From positions 2,016,001-2,080,000 of the forward strand of contig CAWGMA010000001.1 of the NCBI GenBank assembly GCA_963823555.1: DNA of 64,000 nt, written 5' to 3'. Source of the stretch: Candidatus Eiseniibacteriota bacterium (GTDB lineage: Bacteria; Eisenbacteria; RBG-16-71-46; CAVPCR01). The notes below the pieces were generated by a model. The model saw nothing but the letters and a program-made list of their open reading frames with translations, had not been told where the DNA came from and ran no database searches. Within the stretch, counting starts at the first letter, position 1, and each line of letters starts with the position of its first letter. Shown here piece by piece: positions 48,296 to 57,953 of this stretch. A program made the position numbers and the translations under genes.

Positions 48296-49399
48296 TCAGT
48301 CGCCCCCGCTTTCGCTGATGGCATCGGCCAGGCCCCCGACGGCCGTCCCGAAGTAGACGGAACGGTTCCACTTGAGGATCACCCGGAAGTTCTCGTAGAC
48401 CAGGAAGGCACGACCCTCTGGACCGGTCGGCTGGACCAGAGAGGCGTGCATGCCGGCGGCCGGCAAGTCGCTGCCGTCGATACGCCGGACCCCCATGGCC
48501 TGCCACGCGGCGAGACCCCGCCGGATCTGGAGGCCGATCATCTCCCGATCGAAGCCCGGCGGCACGAGCACTTCACGGCCCCAGGTCTGACCGCGCACCC
48601 ACCCGTCCTGCGCCAGGTAGTTGGCGCCGGAGGCCAGGGCGTCGCCGACATCCGACCAGATGTCGCGCTTGCCGTCGCCATCGAAGTCCACCGCGGCCCG
48701 ATGAAACGTCGAAGGCATGAACTGCACCTGACCCATGGCGCCGGCCCAGGAACCACGCATGGCTCGGGCGCTGATATCCCCTCGCTCGAGGATCTCGAGG
48801 GCCGCCAGCAGCTCGCGACGGAAGAACTCGGCACGACGGCCTTCGAAGGCCAGAGTCGCCAGGGAACTCACGACCGAGAAGTTCCCGGGCAACTTCCCGT
48901 ACTGGCTCTCGATGCCCCAGATCGCAACGATGATCCGGGGCGGCACGCCGTATTCGGCGCTGATGCGGTTCAGCACTCGCCGATGTCGCCACAGCATCTC
49001 GCGGCCGGTCTCGACCTTCTGCTTCGTGATCGCCCGCTCGAGATACTCCTCGAGGCTCAGGATCGACTCCGGCTGCTTCCGATCCAGCTCGATCACCCGC
49101 TGATTGGGCTCGAGTTCCTGGAACACGGCATCCAGGGTCCGGTCGCTGATTCCGGCTCGACCGGCCTCGGCACGGAAATCGGCAAGCCACTCGGCAAAGG
49201 CGGCCCTGTCGAGCTCGATGGCTTCACTCTCCTCGATCTCCTGGGCGGCCGCTGGAGGAGACAGGAGAACCCCCATGAGACACACCACAAAGCCGGCACG
49301 CAGGAGCCGCGCACCAAGACCGCGGCAGATGGTGGTGGGCAGAGGATCCGACTCTCGAGACGATCTCATCAGCGGAGGATGGGTGACTCGGCGCAGCAC
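48296..49399 (-). CDS. Lytic murein transglycosylase (MltB-like, no peptidoglycan-binding tail)
   Basis: DRKQPE, AIWGIES, GSWAGAMGQVQFMPS, DFDGDG, WNRS; start uncertain and probably further downstream. Confidence 0.9.
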   Translation of the reverse strand: MLRRVTHPPLMRSSRESDPLPTTICRGLGARLLRAGFVVCLMGVLLSPPAAAQEIEESEAIELDRAAFAEWLADFRAEAGRAGISDRTLDAVFQELEPNQRVIELDRKQPESILSLEEYLERAITKQKVETGREMLWRHRRVLNRISAEYGVPPRIIVAIWGIESQYGKLPGNFSVVSSLATLAFEGRRAEFFRRELLAALEILERGDISARAMRGSWAGAMGQVQFMPSTFHRAAVDFDGDGKRDIWSDVGDALASGANYLAQDGWVRGQTWGREVLVPPGFDREMIGLQIRRGLAAWQAMGVRRIDGSDLPAAGMHASLVQPTGPEGRAFLVYENFRVILKWNRSVYFGTAVGGLADAISESGGD

Positions 49400-49611
49400 T
49401 CGGCGATACTAGGCGACGCCGACCACCATGCGCAACGTGCCTTTGCCTGTTCGTGGCCTCGAGGAACGCGAGTGTCTGGTGGTCGGCGCGACACGGTCCG
49501 TTGTCCTCGATGCCGCAACGTTGCCGCTTCACGGCGTCGCTGTTATCCTTACCGCCGCTTTCCCGGTATCGTATCGCCCATTGAATCCGTTCGGGGAGGA
49601 CGGACCCTCCG

Positions 49612-51180
49612 TTGAGCCGAGCATCTCGCCAGGTTGCGACCTCGATCCGCCGGCCGCCGAAGGCCGCCCCGCTCGCCATTCTCCCCCTCGCCGGGATCGT
49701 GCTCACCAAGCTCGTCCTCCATCTGGTGACCTCAGGGCAGTACGGATACAGCCGGGACGAGCTCTACTACCTGGCCTGCGCCGAGCACCTGAGCGCGGGT
49801 TACGTGGATCACCCGCCGCTCGTGCCGCTCGTGGCCGGGCTCGTTCGGGCCACGATCGGCGATTCGCTACTCGCCATCCGGCTCCTGCCGGCGCTGGCGG
49901 GGGCGGGAACCGTCTTCCTGGCCGGGGTCATCACGAGCCAGCTCGGAGGCCGGCGATTCGCCCAGGTGCTCGCCGCGCTGGCCGTGGTCGCCGCACCCGC
50001 GTACCTGGGTATGAACGCCATCTTCACCACCAACGCGTTCGATCAGCTGCTGTGGGCCCTGGCGCTCTATCTCGTGCTTCGCATCCTCCGTGCCGAGACG
50101 CTGCGGCTGTGGCTCTTGCTCGGCCTCGTCCTCGGCATGGGCCTCCTGACCAAGCACACGATGGCGTTCCTCATGGCCGGCCTGGCTGTCGGGCTCGCCT
50201 TGAGCCCGGAACGCCGCCTCCTCACGACGCGGGGGGCTCTGACGGCGGCAGCCATGGCCGGCGCCTTGTTCCTGCCCAACCTCATCTGGCAGTGGGCTCA
50301 CGACTGGCCCACGCTCGAGTTTCTGGCGCGCGCCCAGATCAATCGCATGCCGGAGGTGAACCCGCTCATCTTTCTGTGGCGATTCGCCGTGGCCCTGCAA
50401 CCGGTCACCCTGCCGATCTGGGTGCTCGGGATCGCCTTCCTTCTCGTTCACAAGCAGGGCCGTCCGTGGCGGTCGCTCGGGTGGATGTTCGTCGTGCTGC
50501 TCGTGATCGACGTGATCGGGCGCGCCAAGGAGTACTACCTGGTCCCGATCGCGGCCCTGCTCTTCCCGGCAGGCGCGGTCGTCATCGAGTCATGGCTCGA
50601 GCGCCGGCGCTGGGAATGGGCGCGACCGGTCATGATCGCCACCGTTCTCCTCGCCGGCGCCGCGAGCGCGCCCTTCTATGTTCCGATCCTCCCCCTCGAG
50701 CAAGTGGTGCGCTACAAGGAAGCCTGGGATCGGGCGCTCCACGCGCGCGGGGCGGCGGACGCGGAGGCCATACCGCTCGGGTTCGCGGAGATGCTCGGAT
50801 GGGAGGAGATGGTGGCCACCGTCGCTGAGGTCTACCATCGCCTGCCGGCCGAGGAGCGCGCGCGCTGTGCCGTTTCCGGCAACAACTACGGGCAAGCCGC
50901 CGCCATCGACTTCTTCGGGACCAAGTACGGCCTGCCAAAGTCCATATCGACGCACAACAGCTACTGGACCTGGGGGACCCACGGCTACAGCGGCGATCCC
51001 ATGATCACCATCGGCGTCCGCCGGGAAGCGCTGGCGCCCGCCTACACGTCGGTCGAGCTCGGGGCCGTGGTCCAACACGATCATGTGATCTGGTACGAGA
51101 CCAACCAGCCGGTGTACCTGTGGCGAGGGATCAAGGCACCGCTGGCCACGCTCTGGCCGCAGATGAAGCTCATCTACTAA
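49612..51180 (+). CDS. ArnT/PMT-like (GT39/GT83) membrane glycosyltransferase
   Basis: RDELYY, GYVDHPPL, many TM, NYGQAAA, HNSYW.WG. Confidence 0.85.
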   Translation: MSRASRQVATSIRRPPKAAPLAILPLAGIVLTKLVLHLVTSGQYGYSRDELYYLACAEHLSAGYVDHPPLVPLVAGLVRATIGDSLLAIRLLPALAGAGTVFLAGVITSQLGGRRFAQVLAALAVVAAPAYLGMNAIFTTNAFDQLLWALALYLVLRILRAETLRLWLLLGLVLGMGLLTKHTMAFLMAGLAVGLALSPERRLLTTRGALTAAAMAGALFLPNLIWQWAHDWPTLEFLARAQINRMPEVNPLIFLWRFAVALQPVTLPIWVLGIAFLLVHKQGRPWRSLGWMFVVLLVIDVIGRAKEYYLVPIAALLFPAGAVVIESWLERRRWEWARPVMIATVLLAGAASAPFYVPILPLEQVVRYKEAWDRALHARGAADAEAIPLGFAEMLGWEEMVATVAEVYHRLPAEERARCAVSGNNYGQAAAIDFFGTKYGLPKSISTHNSYWTWGTHGYSGDPMITIGVRREALAPAYTSVELGAVVQHDHVIWYETNQPVYLWRGIKAPLATLWPQMKLIY

Positions 51181-51219
51181 CCCGGCGCTCCTCCGTTTGG
51201 ACGAACGCCCGGGGCGCGG

Positions 51220-52305
51220 TCAATACACCGTGCGGCGGCGGTTCTTCAGGTAGTCGACGAAGACGAAACCGCCCAGGCGATCCGGGCTCGCGTAGTAGGC
51301 GCGCCCGCGGTTCACCTCGGTCAGCTCCTCGACGAAGCGCACGAGCTCCCGGTCCTGCGCCAGCATGAAGGTCGTGATCACGATCCGCTTCCGCCGGCAG
51401 GCGTTGGCCTCGTCGAGCGTCTTCACGACGATACGCGGATCGAGACCGAAGGGGTTCTTGTAGAGCCGCCCCGTCTCGTCGAACATGCAGGATGGCTTGC
51501 CGTCGGTGACCATGAAGATCTGCTTCTGTGTGTGCTTCTTCGCGGCCAGGATCTCCTGCGCGGCGCGGAGCCCGGCGCGGGTGTTGGTGTGATAGGGCCC
51601 CGCGCCCACATAAGTCAGGTCGCGCACGCTGACCGGGATCGCCTCGTCCCCGAAGAGAACCACATCCAGGGAGTCGCGCTTGAAGCGAGTGAGGATCAAC
51701 TCGGAGAGCGCCAGCGCCACCTGCTTGGCCGGCGTGATGCGATCCTCCCCGTAGAGGATCATCGAGTGGCTGATGTCGAGGAGCAGCACGGTCGCACAGG
51801 AGGCCTGGTGATGGCGCTCGTAGACCTCCAGATCCTCCTCACCGAGGGTGAGATCTCCACTGCGCCCGACCGCGTTCTTGACCGAGGTGAGATAGTCGAT
51901 GTCGGCGGCGGCATCCCCGAACTCGTAGGGCCTGGTCTCCGCCATCGGCTCCCCCCCGCCGCCCTCATGCGCCGTCGGATGATCCCCTTCGGCGCCGCGG
52001 GCCAGTGACGAGAAGATCAGCGCGAGCGATTCCCTGCGAATCCGCTTCTCGGCCCGGGGCGTGAGGACGGCACCTTCGGCATCGCGGCTGATGAGCCCCT
52101 CTTCCTCGAGCCGGAGGCGGAACTCCTCCGGATCGAAATCGCCCGGCAGGTAGCCGCGGTCACGCAGCTCAGCCATCCAGCGCAGCGCTTCCTCCACATC
52201 CCCGTTCACCCTGAGGAGCAACTGGGTGAAGAGCTCGAAGAGGCCTCGCTCGGCGAGCAGCCGCCGGAAGCGCTCGGCATCGAATGGACCGTAGCGAAAG
52301 CGCAC
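51220..52305 (-). CDS. VWA domain protein (partner of the AAA+ ATPase)
   Basis: RPYEFGD, MIDAS DISHS, TN, TDGKP. Confidence 0.9.
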   Translation of the reverse strand: MRFRYGPFDAERFRRLLAERGLFELFTQLLLRVNGDVEEALRWMAELRDRGYLPGDFDPEEFRLRLEEEGLISRDAEGAVLTPRAEKRIRRESLALIFSSLARGAEGDHPTAHEGGGGEPMAETRPYEFGDAAADIDYLTSVKNAVGRSGDLTLGEEDLEVYERHHQASCATVLLLDISHSMILYGEDRITPAKQVALALSELILTRFKRDSLDVVLFGDEAIPVSVRDLTYVGAGPYHTNTRAGLRAAQEILAAKKHTQKQIFMVTDGKPSCMFDETGRLYKNPFGLDPRIVVKTLDEANACRRKRIVITTFMLAQDRELVRFVEELTEVNRGRAYYASPDRLGGFVFVDYLKNRRRTVY

Positions 52306-52307
52306 GG

Positions 52308-53840
52308 CTAGTCGCCCTCGCTGCCAAATCCCGAGAACATCGTCTGCAGCATGTCACCGTAGGCGAAGCCGTGATCGAGATCCTCCTTCGAGAGAAGCGA
52401 GTTCTGGTGGAGGCCCTCGAGCACGAGCTCCATCGCCACATAGACGTCGCCCTCGCTCGCTCCCGGCGGCAGGTGCTTCTCGGCGATCGCCTTCAAGCCG
52501 TTGACACGACCCAGATTCTCCCGATACTCGGGGCCCGACATCTCATCGGCGACATCGAGCTTGTTGCCCCGCGTGAACCAGGCGACGACATCGCGATACG
52601 GCGAGGACTCGTCCACGCCGTCGGGAGGCGCGGCGGCTGGCGGTGGAGCCTGCCCCGGGCGTTTCCTGGCGCGCCCCCGCGGCTTGTAGGCCTCGGGGAA
52701 ATAGCGTTTGAAGACCCTGGCCACGGCCTTGCCGGTGAGGAGACGGGCCACCTTGGTCAGCCCTTCCTGCTCGCCTTCGTACACGAGCTCGATCTTGCCG
52801 GTGAGCGCCGGCAATGCGGCATAGAGATCCGCCACGCGAGCCCATGTCTCCTTCTCGCCATGCCGCGCTGCTCGCCGCTCCATGTTCGAGATCACATTCT
52901 CGATGGCGCTGATCGATAGGCGGGCGGAGACACCCGAACTCTGGTCCACGTACTCCGACTCGCGCGCCTGGAAGGTGATCTCCTCGATCGCCTCCCGGAT
53001 GAACCGGGGCACGTGGAGCTTGACCCCGGACCCGCGCTCGACCCAGGCCTCCTGGGCGGTGATCTTGAGGGCATCATCGAGACCGAGCGGATAGTGCGTG
53101 ATGATCTGCGAGTCGATGCGGTCCTTGAGCGGAGTGATGATGTTGCCGCGGTTGGTGTAGTCCTCGGGGTTGGCCGAGTACACGATCACGATGTCGAGCG
53201 GAAACCGCACTGGAAAGCCGCGGATCTGCACGTCCTTCTCCTGCATGATGTTGAGGAGACCGACCTGGATGCGCGGCGCCAGATCCGGCAGCTCGTTGAG
53301 CGCGAAGATGCAGCGATTCGAGCGCGGGATGATCCCGAAGTGAATGGCCTCGGGGTCGGACAGGGAGAGGCGGCGCGAGGCCGCCTTGATCGGATCCACG
53401 TCACCGATCAGATCGGCCAAGGTGACGTCGGGGGTGGCGAGCTTCTCGCGGTAGCGCTCCTCCCGCCCGAGCCATTCGATCGGAGTCGAGTCCCCCCTCT
53501 CGGCCACGATGCGCCGGGCCTCGGCCGACAGCGGGCGCAGCGGATCGTCGTTGAGCGGAGCCCCGGCGATGACGGGGATCGCCTCATCGAGAAAACGGAT
53601 GAGGCTGCGGAGAATTCGCGTCTTCGCCTGACCTCGGAGCCCGAGCAGGATGAAGTCATGACGGGAGAGGATGGCGTTCTGAAGCTGCGGGAGGACGGTG
53701 CGCTCGTAGCCGATGATTCCGGGAAGGAACTCCTCCCCTGCTGCGATCATGCTGAGCGCGTTCTCGCGCATCTCTTCCTTGACGGTGCGCGGCCGGTATC
53801 CGCTCTGCTTCAGCTCACCCAGGGTCTTGGCTCGGCTCAT
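52308..53840 (-). CDS. ChlI/MoxR-like AAA+ ATPase
   Basis: Walker A variant GLRGQAKT, DLIGDVDPIK, NELPDL, ANPEDYTNRG. Confidence 0.9.
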   Translation of the reverse strand: MSRAKTLGELKQSGYRPRTVKEEMRENALSMIAAGEEFLPGIIGYERTVLPQLQNAILSRHDFILLGLRGQAKTRILRSLIRFLDEAIPVIAGAPLNDDPLRPLSAEARRIVAERGDSTPIEWLGREERYREKLATPDVTLADLIGDVDPIKAASRRLSLSDPEAIHFGIIPRSNRCIFALNELPDLAPRIQVGLLNIMQEKDVQIRGFPVRFPLDIVIVYSANPEDYTNRGNIITPLKDRIDSQIITHYPLGLDDALKITAQEAWVERGSGVKLHVPRFIREAIEEITFQARESEYVDQSSGVSARLSISAIENVISNMERRAARHGEKETWARVADLYAALPALTGKIELVYEGEQEGLTKVARLLTGKAVARVFKRYFPEAYKPRGRARKRPGQAPPPAAAPPDGVDESSPYRDVVAWFTRGNKLDVADEMSGPEYRENLGRVNGLKAIAEKHLPPGASEGDVYVAMELVLEGLHQNSLLSKEDLDHGFAYGDMLQTMFSGFGSEGD

Positions 53841-53938
53841 GGCTTGCTTTCTATGGCTCGGAGTCTTGACGGCCACTCACCACGTGCGACTGCACGCGTT
53901 CGGGCACCAGTCAACATGGTCGCGCTGCCGGCGGGCGA

Positions 53939-55165
53939 TCAGGCCGCCCAGAGGTGGCGGCCCAGGAGGAGGAGCCGCGGATCCGCCGTCACCAGGCTCT
54001 TTCCCAGGTCGAAGGCACGATCAGGGACTGCTTCGACCCCGCCGCGTTCCGCGACGATGCGGCCCAGGGCTCGTCCTATGCGATCGAGGTCACGGTCGGA
54101 GAGGCGCAGGAAAAGCGCTCGCGCCCGGGCGTAGAACGCCACCTCCGCCCCCCGTTCGGCCCGCCAGCGCGCCTCGTAGGCCGCGAGCCCGCGGGCACTC
54201 ACGTCCCCGCGGCCAATGGCCGCGGCCGCTGCCTCGGCGGCGAAAACCCCGGACTCCATCGCGATCGCGATTCCGGCCCCCGAGAGCGGTTCGGTCAGCC
54301 GCGCCGCGTCGCCGACGAGAAGAAGCCCGCCGGCAGCGAAGGGGCCTGGAGCCCTGGGAACCGGGATCGCACCGGCGGCATACCCCAGAACGCGGGCACC
54401 GGGAAGCGTCGTGGAGACGAAGCGGCGGAGAATGGCCGCTGGAGTCTCCGCACCGGTTCGGCTGGGGGTCACCGCCACGCCGACATTCCATCGGCCCCGC
54501 CCCTTGGGGAAACGCCAGGCATACCCGCCAGGCGCGACGCGGGTTCCCACCAGGAAGTCGGCGACTCGAGGCTGCACGTCCCATTCCGCCTCGGGGCCGG
54601 CAACGAGGAACTGCGCACAGGCATAGATCTCGTCACGTTCGAGAGGACGGCCCACCCCAGCCCGCGAGGCGAGGTTCGACTCGATGCCGTCGGCGGCGAC
54701 CACCACCTCGGCGCGCACGGTACGGGCCTGGCCCCGAAGCCGCACGATGACCCCCGTGACCCGCTCTCCCTCGCGCGTGAGATCGAGGACCGGCGACTCG
54801 ATCAGCACGTCGGCCCCGGCGGCCGCAGCCTCGGCGGCAAGATGTCGCTCGAACAGGGGGCGCTCGAGCACCATGCCGGCATCCGGGCGGGGCAGGACGA
54901 CCTTGGTGTCATCGGGAGTCACCAGCCGCCCGCCGTGTATGGGCGCCGAGATCCAGGCCGGATCCACCGCGGTCAACCGGTCGAAGCCCGCGCGGCGCAC
55001 CGCCTCGGCACAGGCCAGCGGCGTACCGATCTCACGCCGCCGCTCGAGGAGAAGCGTGGAGAGACCATGGCGGGCAGCCTCGCGCGCGGCGACCGAGCCA
55101 CCTGGCCCGGCACCGACCACGACGACATCGTAACGATGATCGGGAACGAGGTCTGGATGGAGCAA
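53939..55165 (-). CDS. Geranylgeranyl reductase family FAD oxidoreductase
   Basis: VGAGPGG, CAE, ADG..S, PGGYAWRFP, LVGDAA...PLSGAGI. Confidence 0.85.
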   Translation of the reverse strand: MLHPDLVPDHRYDVVVVGAGPGGSVAAREAARHGLSTLLLERRREIGTPLACAEAVRRAGFDRLTAVDPAWISAPIHGGRLVTPDDTKVVLPRPDAGMVLERPLFERHLAAEAAAAGADVLIESPVLDLTREGERVTGVIVRLRGQARTVRAEVVVAADGIESNLASRAGVGRPLERDEIYACAQFLVAGPEAEWDVQPRVADFLVGTRVAPGGYAWRFPKGRGRWNVGVAVTPSRTGAETPAAILRRFVSTTLPGARVLGYAAGAIPVPRAPGPFAAGGLLLVGDAARLTEPLSGAGIAIAMESGVFAAEAAAAAIGRGDVSARGLAAYEARWRAERGAEVAFYARARALFLRLSDRDLDRIGRALGRIVAERGGVEAVPDRAFDLGKSLVTADPRLLLLGRHLWAA

Positions 55166-55193
55166 AGCAGTCGACCTGCCTTCTGGCCGGGCT

Positions 55194-55727
55194 CTAGTCC
55201 GCGGACTTCACCTCCGGCAGGAGTTTCTCGACGGCCGTCACGAACACCTGTTTATCCTGATAACCGGTGTAGCGCGCCGCGATCTTGCCATCGGGGGTGA
55301 TGAGAAACGTGGTGGGAATGGCGGTGAACCCGCCGTAACTCCTGACCAGGCCATCGCTGCCCATGGCGGCGATGTAGTTGATCCCCATGTGATGGGCGAA
55401 GCGGCGGACATTTTCCTCGCGGTCACCCACCGCGACCCCGATGATCTGCAACCCGCGCGGCCCGTACTCCTGCTGCAGATCGATGAAGTGGGGGATCTCG
55501 AGGACGCACGGTTTGCACCAGGTGGCCCAGAAGTCGAGGATGACGATGCGTCCGCGGTGCTCCTTCAGGCGCACCGCGGAGCCGTCGAGAGCCGTGAGCG
55601 CAAAGTCCTCGGCCCGCGAACCGACCGCCCCCTTGGGACCCGAGCCGCCACAACCGACCAGGGCCACCAGGAGAAGGGTCAAGAGAGAACCTGCGGGCGA
55701 AGGGGCACGCACTCGCTGGTGCCGCAT
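55194..55727 (-). CDS. TlpA/ResA-like thiol-disulfide oxidoreductase, lipoprotein
   Basis: Lipobox LVGC; FWATWCKPC; IPTTFLI. Confidence 0.92.
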   Translation of the reverse strand: MRHQRVRAPSPAGSLLTLLLVALVGCGGSGPKGAVGSRAEDFALTALDGSAVRLKEHRGRIVILDFWATWCKPCVLEIPHFIDLQQEYGPRGLQIIGVAVGDREENVRRFAHHMGINYIAAMGSDGLVRSYGGFTAIPTTFLITPDGKIAARYTGYQDKQVFVTAVEKLLPEVKSAD

Positions 55728-55999
55728 CGGGGTCTCCTCCGGTCCTCGAGGGCCCGGGGGCCCCGGGCCTCAGCGGAAACAGGGAACTCGATCGCGCCAC
55801 GGGTCCGGATGGCCGGGCCCGGTCTCTGCGTCGGGTCGGAGCGGTCCCCGCAGGGGGGAATCGAGGCGAGGAGGGAACCCTGGACCCGGCCAGAGGTTTG
55901 GTATCATAGCCGGCTCGTGGGTCGCCTACAACCAGACCCATGCTGCTCCGCGCCGCCGGCGGAGCCGATCCACTATCCCCAAGATAAGGACCATCGCCG

Positions 56000-57943
56000 A
56001 TGCCGCCAGTCGCATCGACTCTCGCGAAGAGCACCGAAGCCAACGCCGAGCGTGGTGGCCGAGCATCCTCCTCCCGCGTCCATGGAGCCGAGGGGATCGC
56101 GCTCCTCGCAACCACCGCGATCCTCCTCGCCCTGGTCCCGAGCGGGATCCGCGCCGCCGAAGACCCGGCGGAGGAGGCGGATCCATTCGCCCCGCCGGCT
56201 GTCGTGCACGTGGCCGTCGATCAGCCGATCGCGGCAGTGCGTCCCGGGGGTCGAGTGCGAGCGGCGCTGCAAGTGACGATCGATCCGACCTGGCACATCA
56301 ATGCCAACCGGCCCTATGAGGACTTCCTCATTCCCACCGAGGTCCTGCTCGATGAGGGCGCACCCGCCGAGATCGCCGAGATCCGCTACCCGGAGCCCCA
56401 TGATGTCGAGCTCTCCTTCTCCGAGACGCCGATGGCCGTCTACGAGGGCGATCAGCAGATTGGAGTCGAGCTCTGGATCCCGGACGGCACCCCCGATGGC
56501 AAGATGACGGTCACCGGCATCTTCACATCGCAGGCCTGCAACGACCAGATGTGCATGCCGCCGGCGGATGCGCCGTTTGCGATCGATGTCGAGGTGAGCT
56601 CGACCGGAGAGGACGTGGTCGCCACGAGCGGTGCCAGCGATCTGTGGGCATCCGGCGCCGGTACGGCAAGTGCCGGACCGGCCACCCGCGCCGCCCCCGC
56701 GGCGACCGGCGAGTTCGACACCTCGCGCGGTCTCCTGGTCACCTTCCTCCTCGTCTTCCTCGGTGGCCTCGCCTTGAACCTCACACCTTGCATCTACCCG
56801 ATGATCCCGATCACGATCTCGATCTTCGGCGCTCAGGGTGGCGGCCCGCGGCGGGCGCTCAAGCTCGCCATCTTCTACGTCATCGGCATGGCGATCACGT
56901 ACTCGCTCCTCGGCACCATGGCTGCCTTGACCGGCAGCCTTCTCGGCAGCGCGCTCCAGAATCCGATCGTTCTCGTCTTCGTCGCGCTGGTCATGGTCGG
57001 ACTCGCGCTGTCGATGTTCGGCCTCTACGACATCGCGATTCCCGACAGCTTGAGTCGTCTCGCGAGCAGCAACCGCCAGGGCGCCATCGGCACGCTGTTG
57101 ATGGGCATGACGGTCGGCATCATCGCCGCGCCCTGCATCGGGCCGTTCGTGCTCGGCCTCCTCACCTATGTCGGCGCCACGGGCAGTCCGGCGCTCGGAT
57201 TCTCGCTCTTCTTCGTGCTCGCTCTCGGGCTGGGAGCGCCGTTCCTCGTCCTGGCCACCGCCTCCGGCAGCCTGTCGGCGCTGCCACGTTCCGGCAGCTG
57301 GATGATCTGGGTCAAGAAGATCTTCGGGTTCATCCTTCTTGGAATGGCGGTCTATTTCCTCACCCGCTCCGACCGTCTGATCCCCGAGAGCCTCTTCTTC
57401 CCGCTCTGCGCCGCGATCGCCGTCGCCGCCGCCCTCAAGCTCTGGATCTTCGATCACACGCGGACGCCGTGGGCGGCCTTCTCGCGGATCAAGATGATGA
57501 CCGGGATCCTGTGCTTGCTGGTGGCAGCCGGTCTCATGGTGGCTCCGCGGTTTCTCACCCCACCCGAGGGCATCGCCTGGACCGACTACGACGAGGAGGC
57601 GGTGATGGCCGCGGCGAGCGCCGGACGCCCGGTGATCATCGACTTCTCGGCCGCCTGGTGCATCCCCTGCAAGGAGCTCGATCACCTCACCTTCGCCGCG
57701 CCCCCGGTCGTGGAGCGCGCTCGCGATTTCGTGACGCTCAAGGCCGACCTCACCGATAGCCGGTCACCGGCGGTGAAGGCGCTCAAGGACCGCTACGGCG
57801 TCCGTGGCGTGCCGACGGTGGTCTTCCTCCTGCCTGACGGCAGCGAGATCGAGCACTTGCGCTTCACCGGCGTCATCTCTCCGGAGGAATTCCTCGAGAA
57901 GATGCAATACGCCCTCGATCAGAACGAATCGGGGGAGGCCTAG
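56000..57943 (+). CDS. dsbD: Thiol:disulfide interchange protein DsbD
   Basis: QACNDQMC, LTPCIYPMIP, APCIGP, LPRSGSWM, WCIPCK; start uncertain. Confidence 0.92.
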   Translation: MPPVASTLAKSTEANAERGGRASSSRVHGAEGIALLATTAILLALVPSGIRAAEDPAEEADPFAPPAVVHVAVDQPIAAVRPGGRVRAALQVTIDPTWHINANRPYEDFLIPTEVLLDEGAPAEIAEIRYPEPHDVELSFSETPMAVYEGDQQIGVELWIPDGTPDGKMTVTGIFTSQACNDQMCMPPADAPFAIDVEVSSTGEDVVATSGASDLWASGAGTASAGPATRAAPAATGEFDTSRGLLVTFLLVFLGGLALNLTPCIYPMIPITISIFGAQGGGPRRALKLAIFYVIGMAITYSLLGTMAALTGSLLGSALQNPIVLVFVALVMVGLALSMFGLYDIAIPDSLSRLASSNRQGAIGTLLMGMTVGIIAAPCIGPFVLGLLTYVGATGSPALGFSLFFVLALGLGAPFLVLATASGSLSALPRSGSWMIWVKKIFGFILLGMAVYFLTRSDRLIPESLFFPLCAAIAVAAALKLWIFDHTRTPWAAFSRIKMMTGILCLLVAAGLMVAPRFLTPPEGIAWTDYDEEAVMAAASAGRPVIIDFSAAWCIPCKELDHLTFAAPPVVERARDFVTLKADLTDSRSPAVKALKDRYGVRGVPTVVFLLPDGSEIEHLRFTGVISPEEFLEKMQYALDQNESGEA

Positions 57944-57953
57944 GAAGAAGCTC

